Shown here piece by piece: positions 1 to 5,951 of a stretch of DNA of 37,051 nucleotides. Numbering within the stretch: position 1 is the stretch's first letter; every line of letters begins with the position of its first letter. The position numbers and the translations under genes are program-made. The notes beneath the pieces were generated by a model. It saw nothing but the letters and a program-made list of their open reading frames with translations. It was not told the DNA's origin and ran no database searches. The DNA is taken from the IMG/VR virus record IMGVR_UViG_3300044780_000032, positions 1 through 37,051 of that record; one strand, given 5' to 3'. The stretch comes from a virus. Taxonomy: Duplodnaviria > Caudoviricetes.

Positions 1-98
1 ACAACTGGCGCCACGGAGTGTTTTACCGGAGCTTCTTTCTGCTTTATCTCCTTCCTCGCAGGCGGAAGGCCGTCGCCGAGATCCAGAATGAGTTCCAT
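1..98 (-). CDS. Hypothetical protein, truncated at the window edge (MELILDLGDGLPPARKEIKQ...)
   Basis: ATG at 98 preceded by AAAGGAG, directly after the TAA of the 100-282 gene; frame stays open to position 1. Confidence 0.6.
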   Translation of the reverse strand, partial: MELILDLGDGLPPARKEIKQKEAPVKHSVAPV

Positions 99-99
99 G

Positions 100-282
100 T
101 TAGCTCCTTTCCGGCAGGTAGAACATGCCGTGGTAGAAGAACCCGACCATGCGCCAATTCTTGTACGGGCGGTAGGCCATACAGAGTAGTCGCGCATGAG
201 GCAAATCTATTGCGTCGCGCGGCAGAATTACGCGCGGATAACGCTTCTCGCCGGGAATGTTGAGTAGAAGTCGGACGATCAT
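100..282 (-). CDS. Hypothetical protein, 60 aa
   Basis: GGGAG upstream of the ATG; ATGA overlap with the upstream gene. Confidence 0.65.
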   Translation of the reverse strand: MIVRLLLNIPGEKRYPRVILPRDAIDLPHARLLCMAYRPYKNWRMVGFFYHGMFYLPERS

Positions 283-443
283 ACGGACTCCCGCGCGCGT
301 TTCACACTCTCGGCGAGCGAGAGGAGCAGCATGATCTCGAGTGAAGCCACAAGATCGAATGGCCGCTTCTGGAGAAGCCGGATTCGCTTCTCCAGATAGG
401 TGAGTTGCGCATCGTAGTCCTGGGACTCGAGCTTAAGGGGCAT
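279..443 (-). CDS. Hypothetical protein, 54 aa (MPLKLESQDYDAQLTYLEKRIRLLQKRPFDLVASLEIMLLLSLAESVKRARESV)
   Basis: Translated by hand (below the ORF-track cutoff); fills the gap between neighbours and its TGA overlaps the next ATG. Confidence 0.65.
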   Translation of the reverse strand: MPLKLESQDYDAQLTYLEKRIRLLQKRPFDLVASLEIMLLLSLAESVKRARESV

Positions 444-690
444 CGTCGTCTTCTTCTTCCGGAGCCTCGTCGTACTGCCAATCCCGAAAGGCTTCCTGTG
501 CCACGTCTATCAGGAGGTCGTACTGCTCGTCCGAGAGTTCGTCTGTGATGTCGTTGCCTTTCTTGTCTGTTACAAGTATCTTGCACACATGGTCCGTTAA
601 GACCCCGACACTTGGGTCGGCTTCTTCAATGCTGCGGACTTCGATCGTTACATCGCCGAATCCGTTGAGGAAGTAGGAAGGGGTGTTCAT
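433..690 (-). CDS. Small, very acidic hypothetical protein, 85 aa
   Basis: AAGGAG RBS; ATGA overlap with the upstream gene; 24 D/E versus 5 K/R. Confidence 0.75.
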   Translation of the reverse strand: MNTPSYFLNGFGDVTIEVRSIEEADPSVGVLTDHVCKILVTDKKGNDITDELSDEQYDLLIDVAQEAFRDWQYDEAPEEEDDDAP

Positions 691-1010
691 TTTTTGCTCC
701 TTTCGATTTCACGTCCCGCCTCGACGAAGGCGTTGTATGCGGGATCGCAAGTTTCGTCCGCCGGGGCCTCGCGAACATGGTCCAGCCACTTCATCGCGTG
801 TTTATAAATAAGGATCTGAAGCATCTCTGAGAACTCCTTGGCATAGAATTTGTCCTTGCCCTTTTGTTGCCCACGTGCGATGAGAACTGCGATAATCGCA
901 CCGAGTCGGTTGCTCTCGTGGTTTAGGATAGTAACGCGCTCCTGGTCTGTGGCGGTGAGAAGAATCTCGAGTTCTTCGGCGAGAAGCGGTCCGCCTGTTT
1001 CTTTGCTCAT
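687..1010 (-). CDS. Hypothetical protein, 107 aa
   Basis: CAAGGAG RBS; coupled to neighbours by ATGA overlaps. Confidence 0.75.
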   Translation of the reverse strand: MSKETGGPLLAEELEILLTATDQERVTILNHESNRLGAIIAVLIARGQQKGKDKFYAKEFSEMLQILIYKHAMKWLDHVREAPADETCDPAYNAFVEAGREIERSKK

Positions 1011-1102
1011 GAGTAGCTCCTTGTGAATGCGAGAAGTAGCGCAAGCACGCTGCCCGCGAGGACCACGATCAGTGCGATTGCGAGGAAGTCGAATCGGTTC
1101 AC
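1007..1102 (-). CDS. Putative 31-aa single-TM peptide (MNRFDFLAIALIVVLAGSVLALLLAFTRSYS)
   Basis: GTG start 4 nt after the previous stop; continuous hydrophobic stretch; TGA overlaps the next ATG. Confidence 0.5.
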   Translation of the reverse strand: MNRFDFLAIALIVVLAGSVLALLLAFTRSYS

Positions 1103-1106
1103 GGCG

Positions 1107-1349
1107 TCAGGAAAGAACGTTGTGGATCTCGATCGTGCCGTAGAGGAGGCCGTCGCGCAGCTCCTCCATCGCGTTACGGCGGATGGGGTTTTCCTCCTTG
1201 TTGATGTTATTCGACAACGCGGAGAAGAAGTGCATTGTGCGATAGCTCGCCGCGACGTGTTCTGCGTGTCGCGCGTCTGTGATGGCGAGGATGCGGCACA
1301 GCTCCGGGACGGGGGCGTGAAGGACCACGCGGACAAGGTTTTCGGTCAT
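1107..1349 (-). CDS. Hypothetical protein, 80 aa; first gene after a sigma70-like promoter
   Basis: Strong AGGAGG RBS; promoter at 1400-1428. Confidence 0.75.
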   Translation of the reverse strand: MTENLVRVVLHAPVPELCRILAITDARHAEHVAASYRTMHFFSALSNNINKEENPIRRNAMEELRDGLLYGTIEIHNVLS

Positions 1350-1399
1350 CGATTCCTCCTGGTGGGCGGCCCGAAATGGGCCGAATTAATGTACCGTAT

Positions 1400-1428
1400 A
1401 TTGTGCCCGATTGTGGTCCTCGTGTCAA
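1400..1428 (-). promoter_or_regulatory. sigma70-like promoter TTGACA-N17-CACAAT
   Basis: Consensus -35 (1428-1423), 17-nt spacer, -10 CACAAT (1405-1400); intergenic. Confidence 0.7.
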
Positions 1429-1469
1429 GGGGCTGAGAAAGAAATTATGCACAATCTCCCCCAGCCCCG

Positions 1470-1485
1470 TGTTACATCTGTAACA
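1470..1485. promoter_or_regulatory. Palindrome TGTTACA-TC-TGTAACA, candidate operator
   Basis: Perfect 7-bp arms in an intergenic gap; a related copy lies at 3942-3957. Confidence 0.45.
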
Positions 1486-1500
1486 GAGATCTCTTTCCGA

Positions 1501-2187
1501 TTACGGCGTCCGTTGCATATAGCGCCCGGTCCATCCGTGGGCTTGGACGTTAAAGTAAACCGTCGTGTATCCAAGCGAAATGAGCTGAGCCACGGCGACC
1601 ACATGCGAGGAGATGTTCGACCCCATCAGACGCTGGACTTCGCAGCCCGGCACTGCGATCGGATCCGTCCCGGGGGCGGCGCTGATCCACGAACTGAAGT
1701 CCGGGAGCTCGTAACCCGAGAGATATCCGCTCTGGAAGTTGACGTATCCCGTCTTCTGCGACAGGTCCTGCGACCGAACGAAAATTATCTCCGGCACCAT
1801 GTTCGGGATGGAATTCTCGCTCGGTCCCCCCGTCGCCGACATCGCCCCGAGAGACATCACCTGACCAATCGGCGGACCTACGGGCGTCGGCGGGATCGGT
1901 GGCTGGGGATCCGGCGGAGTAACCGGCGCCCCCGAGGCCTGCTGCTCGTACACCAGCGCCCCGTTGATGAAGAGTTGCACGTGATCTGCTGCCATGGTTC
2001 CATCCTTTCGTAGGTTGCTTCCGTTGATGATATCGCTCCCCGTTACGACTCCTCTCTCCCGCTCTTCCCACGGCCAGGTCGGCCGCGGCTTCTCCTTCCT
2101 CCTCCGAACTCTCCCCACCCCTTTCCCCTTCTTCCCTGCCTCCACCGGGTCTGTCACTCCGGCAAATCCGAGTCCTCGTCCTTTCAT
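1501..2187 (-). CDS. Hypothetical protein with Pro-rich linker: 228 aa from ATG 2187, or 164 aa from internal ATG 1995
   Basis: ATG 2187 overlaps the upstream stop (ATGA); in-frame ATG 1995 (MAADHVQ...) has AAAGGA upstream. Confidence 0.65.
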   Translation of the reverse strand: MKGRGLGFAGVTDPVEAGKKGKGVGRVRRRKEKPRPTWPWEERERGVVTGSDIINGSNLRKDGTMAADHVQLFINGALVYEQQASGAPVTPPDPQPPIPPTPVGPPIGQVMSLGAMSATGGPSENSIPNMVPEIIFVRSQDLSQKTGYVNFQSGYLSGYELPDFSSWISAAPGTDPIAVPGCEVQRLMGSNISSHVVAVAQLISLGYTTVYFNVQAHGWTGRYMQRTP

Positions 2188-2669
2188 CCCCGCCCCCCTC
2201 CCCGCCCCCCTCCATACGCCGCCGTAAGCACCCCGTCAAGCTCTCCTGCCTCTTCCGGTCTACTTGGGGAAGTCCCGCGCGGCGCCGTCTCTGGCTCCCC
2301 CTCCGCAAGAACCTCGTTCAAGGCCCCGAGTGCGCTCGCGACGGCCATTGCGCTCGTGAGCTGGCCCCGATGCACAATCTCCGCAATGTTCTTCCCCTTC
2401 TTGCTCGTCCTCGCCGCGAGGGTTGCCGCCTTCGCTGCAATCCTGAACCTCGGATCGATGTCCGAAAGATCCCCGCGCTCAAACGCCGCCTCAAGGGCTT
2501 TCCAGTACTGCCTAAACTGCATCTGCAGGTTAATCGCCTCCCCCTGACTTTTGCAGGGAATGAGCAAAAGCGCCTCCCCCTTTCTCTCCGTCCTCTCCGC
2601 CACGCGGAGAGCGTGTTCCGTCGCCCGCTGGAAAACCGTATCAAACGCCTCGAGTCTCCTTTGCCCCAT
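2184..2669 (-). CDS. Hypothetical protein, 161 aa (MGQRRLEAFDTVF...)
   Basis: Start revised to ATG 2669 (GAGGAG upstream) because the ORF-track start lies inside the promoter at 2710-2738. Confidence 0.7.
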   Translation of the reverse strand: MGQRRLEAFDTVFQRATEHALRVAERTERKGEALLLIPCKSQGEAINLQMQFRQYWKALEAAFERGDLSDIDPRFRIAAKAATLAARTSKKGKNIAEIVHRGQLTSAMAVASALGALNEVLAEGEPETAPRGTSPSRPEEAGELDGVLTAAYGGGRGGGRG

Positions 2670-2709
2670 CTCTCGCTCCTCTCGCCCCTTGTGGGAAGTG
2701 TCCGACACC

Positions 2710-2738
2710 ATTGTGCCCGTTTTCCCCCACCAACGCAA
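2710..2738 (-). promoter_or_regulatory. sigma70-like promoter TTGCGT-N17-CACAAT
   Basis: 17-nt spacer; shares CGGGCACAAT exactly with the promoter at 1400. Confidence 0.55.
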
Positions 2739-3128
2739 GAGCTGACGGGCGAGGGTGCCCTACGGGGAGAATCGTGCCCAATCCCCGCCGTCCCCCTCCT
2801 CTTCGTCCCCTAAACATCCCCCTCGGGGTGTCCTACCGTCCCTGTCCTCTGTCCGACCCCCCTTGTCCGCCCCTGCTACTGCCCCTGTCCCAGTCTGCTA
2901 GGTCCCTAGTAGTAATCCTATTTTTTTTACTTTGGGGGGAAATGGGGAAACCCGCCCCCGGCCCCAAAATAGGCCCGCTAGCGGCGGGGGGTATGGGGGG
3001 TCGAACAGAACACAGGGACCCTAGAGCACGTTTTGGCATATATTTAGGGCACGAGCAGAGCACAAACTAGCAGGGGATGCCGTGGCGGGCCGCCGGGACC
3101 CCCGGACGGCTGCAGCGTCCGACGCGGG

Positions 3129-3162
3129 AAAAGAAAAAGCCCCGAGAGTTTCCCCCCGGGGC
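3129..3162 (-). terminator. Rho-independent terminator
   Basis: GCCCCGGGGG-GAAA-CTCTCGGGGC stem-loop followed by TTTTTCTTTT, just after the stop at 3171. Confidence 0.85.
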
Positions 3163-3170
3163 CTTGTTTG

Positions 3171-3818
3171 TCACTCGTCCGACGTGTCGAATTCCAGTCC
3201 GCCGGCCGCCTTCTCCTTCGCCTTCGCGTCGCGCTTCGCCTTCAGCTCCTCGTATGCCTTCGCGAGCCCCGGGTCGCGCTCCAACATCCGATCACGCAGC
3301 CCATTGAACACTCGACGATCCGTGACCTTCGCGCGCTCCTCGTCCGTCTTTGCTGCGTCCTTGTTTGCCTTGACGTTTTTCTCGACAAGGGCGCCGATCT
3401 TGAGCTTCGCGTCCGACAGGGAAAGACCTTTGAACTCCGCATACGCCCGGGCGAACAAGCCGCCTTCGACACCCTCACCTTGCACACGGAGGGTCCATCC
3501 GTTCTTGAGGATCGCATCCCACGTAGAGTTGAGCTCTTCCGCCGCGTCTTTGATGTCACTGACTCCGGCCATGCTGTCGTCGAGCTTCTGTTTCAGCCCG
3601 TAGCACACGGTACGGAAGAACATCGGGCAGACTTCCGCGATTTGGTCCACCGTATCGCCGAGCTTCGTCCCCGTAAGACTACCATCGGGGTTAACCGTCG
3701 GCAGGTCTCGCAGGTCCGCTTTGAACTCCGTGCCATCCGTGAACTTTGCGAAATACACGCCCGACAACAGTGCGGGTCCATCCACCACTTTCAGCGAGTT
3801 CCGCTTGGCTTCCGCCAT
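3171..3818 (-). CDS. Hypothetical phage protein, 215 aa (MAEAKRNSL...YGLKQKLDDSMAG...), monocistronic
   Basis: CAAGGAG RBS before ATG 3818; strong GC3 codon bias; has its own promoter and terminator. Confidence 0.85.
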   Translation of the reverse strand: MAEAKRNSLKVVDGPALLSGVYFAKFTDGTEFKADLRDLPTVNPDGSLTGTKLGDTVDQIAEVCPMFFRTVCYGLKQKLDDSMAGVSDIKDAAEELNSTWDAILKNGWTLRVQGEGVEGGLFARAYAEFKGLSLSDAKLKIGALVEKNVKANKDAAKTDEERAKVTDRRVFNGLRDRMLERDPGLAKAYEELKAKRDAKAKEKAAGGLEFDTSDE

Positions 3819-3903
3819 GATTGCACTCCTTGAATTGTTAAAAGAACGAAGGGGCGTTTGGGTGCCACTTCCGGTCATTGCCCCTGCGATTGACCGTGCA
3901 ACC

Positions 3904-3932
3904 AGTTTCCCACAAATCCGCTTTTGTGTCAA
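3904..3932 (-). promoter_or_regulatory. sigma70-like promoter TTGACA-N17-GAAACT
   Basis: Consensus -35 (3932-3927), 17-nt spacer, TG dinucleotide just upstream of the -10. Confidence 0.6.
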
Positions 3933-4100
3933 CCGTGCCCAAATTACAAATGTAACACAGTCTGCCTGCCCACCAGGCCCGATCCTTGCCCCGCGCGCTC
4001 GTGTCCCGGACAGCTCCATCCGGTCCGGGGGGCTCCCCTCGACCACCCCGGGGGGTGGCCTCATCACAAGCCTCTTTTGGGCGCGCAGTAGTTTTTAACT

Positions 4101-4131
4101 GTGCACAATAAACGCCCCATTGATTGTGCAC
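4101..4131. repeat. Inverted repeat GTGCACAAT-N13-ATTGTGCAC
   Basis: Perfect 9-bp arms in the divergent intergenic region; related copy at 29415-29443. Confidence 0.7.
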
Positions 4132-4138
4132 CTTTTTT

Positions 4139-4181
4139 CCTTCGCCCCTTCGCCCCTTCGCCCCCTTCGCCCCCTTCGCCC
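4139..4181 (+). repeat. Tandem repeat of five TTCG units separated by C4-5 tracts
   Basis: cc-ttcg-cccc-ttcg-cccc-ttcg-ccccc-ttcg-ccccc-ttcg-ccc read directly. Confidence 0.85.
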
Positions 4182-4203
4182 GGGCAACGGGGCGGGAGAG
4201 TAC

Positions 4204-4233
4204 TTGGGGCGAGGGGGGTGCGCGCGGCATAAT
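4204..4233 (+). promoter_or_regulatory. Possible late-block promoter TTGGGG-N18-CATAAT (weak -35)
   Basis: Good -10 (4228-4233) about 35 nt before the first + strand gene; poor -35. Confidence 0.35.
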
Positions 4234-4267
4234 GGGGAGAGGACGAGAGGGAAGATAGGAGGACACG

Positions 4268-4822
4268 ATGCGAGACGAGGGGGCGGGGGCGCGGGCGCCG
4301 AAACACTGTGGGGTGACCTACGGAACAGAGGGAATGCCTCTTTCGAGCGTCGAGAACAAGCACATGCTGCTGATAGATCAGATGATCTCGTGGCAAGTGG
4401 CGAATCCGGGACAGCCGTATACGAAGATGGCGGCGGCCCTTGGGCTCTCGACACTCTGGTGCAGGAGAGTCGCGAGCACGGACGCGTATAAGGTGCGTGC
4501 GGCGGAGCAGTCGGACGTGGTCTTTCGAGAAATCGGGATCATGGGGCTCAAGGAGCGGATCACGGAGGCCGCAAATGCCGCGGTCGAGCGGATGGCTCAG
4601 AAGATCGAGTTCGCGGAATCCCTCCCGGAGATCACGGACGCGGCCGAGGTCCTTTTCGATGCTCATTACAAGCTGGCCGGGGTCGGGGGTGGCGATGGGC
4701 CGAGGACGGTAAACGTGCAGACGAACGTGATCCTGCAGGGGCGGGATGCGATGCTCTCGGGCGCCGGGGCGGCGACGACGACTCTCCTGGTGGAGGGGGG
4801 CACCGGGGCGAAGACCGAATGA
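4268..4822 (+). CDS. HTH-containing protein, probable terminase small subunit
   Basis: AGGAGG RBS (alternative start 4334); HTH-like YTKMAAALGLSTLWCRRV followed by a helical region; first gene of the packaging block. Confidence 0.55.
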   Translation: MRDEGAGARAPKHCGVTYGTEGMPLSSVENKHMLLIDQMISWQVANPGQPYTKMAAALGLSTLWCRRVASTDAYKVRAAEQSDVVFREIGIMGLKERITEAANAAVERMAQKIEFAESLPEITDAAEVLFDAHYKLAGVGGGDGPRTVNVQTNVILQGRDAMLSGAGAATTTLLVEGGTGAKTE

Positions 4823-4995
4823 TGCGCCAGCGTGTGCTCGTAGTGAATCACGGCTACGACACGCTGGTGTGCGAGGTATGGCAGAGGGGCAGGAAGGGCG
4901 ACCTTCCGGACAGGACGGAGTTGATCCCGGCGCAGAGTCAACAGGAGGTCGTGTTCCATGCGAAAGAGCAAGTACTCGTGATCAAGGAGAGTTGA
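4819..4995 (+). CDS. Hypothetical protein, 58 aa (MMRQRVLVVNHGYDTLVCEVW...VLVIKES)
   Basis: Translated by hand; ATGA overlap with the previous gene; stop lies 1 nt before the next ATG. Confidence 0.65.
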   Translation: MMRQRVLVVNHGYDTLVCEVWQRGRKGDLPDRTELIPAQSQQEVVFHAKEQVLVIKES

Positions 4996-4996
4996 G

Positions 4997-5293
4997 ATGA
5001 CAGCAATGTGCTATGACCGCTTTGTTGCGAGCGAGGCCATCACGACTGGGGCGGCGAGCGCACAGAGCGGCGCGGTGCCGGCGGGGGTGACGCACGCCTG
5101 GATGGTGTGTAGCGCTTCATGCTGGGCAACGACGGGGGCGAACCCGACGGCAGTAGCGGGGGCGGCGAATAACTTTCTAATCACGCCGACGCCGGTCAGG
5201 ATTCAGGTGAAGGTGGGCGACAAGATCGCCGCGATTCAGGAAGGAGCTGCGGCGAAGTTCGGGATCACCTACGTTGACGGGGTCGGGTACTGA
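4997..5293 (+). CDS. Small Ala/Gly/Thr-rich protein, possible virion decoration protein, 98 aa
   Basis: AAGGAG RBS; composition and the SAQS...GANPTA...GDKIAAI pattern resemble small phage structural proteins. Confidence 0.65.
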   Translation: MTAMCYDRFVASEAITTGAASAQSGAVPAGVTHAWMVCSASCWATTGANPTAVAGAANNFLITPTPVRIQVKVGDKIAAIQEGAAAKFGITYVDGVGY

Positions 5294-5294
5294 T

Positions 5295-5789
5295 GTGCGA
5301 AAGTTCCTGACCTTTGACCACAACTCAGTTGAGTGGGCCGGGCTAATGGCCCGGTCTCCTCACTTTTGCGCGCACAGGGGGCGGTCAACGCAGGCACAGA
5401 AGATGGGCCTTCGCTACGAGCGACGGGCACAAGAGTACCTGCTCGAGGTGTATCCGGACAGTTACGTGCCGAGTCCCTGGATCGCGTTTCGACTGCGGTA
5501 CGAGCCACTGCTTCGCTACTGTCAGCCGGACGGGCTCCTGGTGGATATCGAGCAGGGGCGGGTCACGATCATCGAGATCAAGTATCGGCATATGGTCGAA
5601 GCCTACGTGCAGCTGACAGGAATCTACGACCCCGTGGTGAAGAAGCTCTTCCCTGGCTGGGATGTACGGCACGTGGAGATGGCTCGGTGGTACGACCCCG
5701 GGACGGCCTTCCCAGTGCCGGTGCAGCTGCTTTCCTGCATCGATCTTGCCGCAAAGGGCAGGTTCGGTGTTCATATCTGGAATCCATGA
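5295..5789 (+). CDS. PD-(D/E)XK superfamily nuclease
   Basis: GLRYE...QPDG...IIEIK...QL..IY motif order; GTG start just after the previous stop. Confidence 0.7.
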   Translation: MRKFLTFDHNSVEWAGLMARSPHFCAHRGRSTQAQKMGLRYERRAQEYLLEVYPDSYVPSPWIAFRLRYEPLLRYCQPDGLLVDIEQGRVTIIEIKYRHMVEAYVQLTGIYDPVVKKLFPGWDVRHVEMARWYDPGTAFPVPVQLLSCIDLAAKGRFGVHIWNP

Positions 5790-5833
5790 GTCCGCGAGGA
5801 CAGTCCCTGCAACACAATGAAAGGAGGTGATCC

Positions 5834-5950
5834 GTGGCAACGTCGAAGAAATCGAGTCCGCTTCCGAAGCACGCGGGCTTCAACAAGGCAAAGGGGAACA
5901 CGAAGAAGGCCCCGACGCCGATGCGCCCGAAACAGGGGCCGCTGTACTGA
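5834..5950 (+). CDS. Small basic peptide, 38 aa (MATSKKSSPLPKHAGFNKAKGNTKKAPTPMRPKQGPLY)
   Basis: Near-perfect SD AAGGAGGTGA before GTG 5834; stop 1 nt before the TerL ATG. Confidence 0.6.
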   Translation: MATSKKSSPLPKHAGFNKAKGNTKKAPTPMRPKQGPLY

Positions 5951-5951
5951 C

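Noticed and set aside
1470-1485. Match of the palindrome to the NifA UAS pattern TGT-N10-ACA
   Set aside because: The pattern is too short to be specific, and I saw no sigma54 -24/-12 element nearby. Kept only as a generic operator candidate.
3819-4067. ORF-track N-terminal extension of the 3171 gene
   Set aside because: It spans the promoter and palindromes; the RBS supports ATG 3818.
4139-4181. Short repeats considered as a CRISPR array
   Set aside because: Units are 8-9 nt with no unique spacers, and no cas genes are present.
5817-5951. ORF-track N-terminal extension of TerL (MKGGDPWQRRR...)
   Set aside because: The Arg-rich junk-like sequence is better explained by the 38-aa ORF in another frame with a strong SD.
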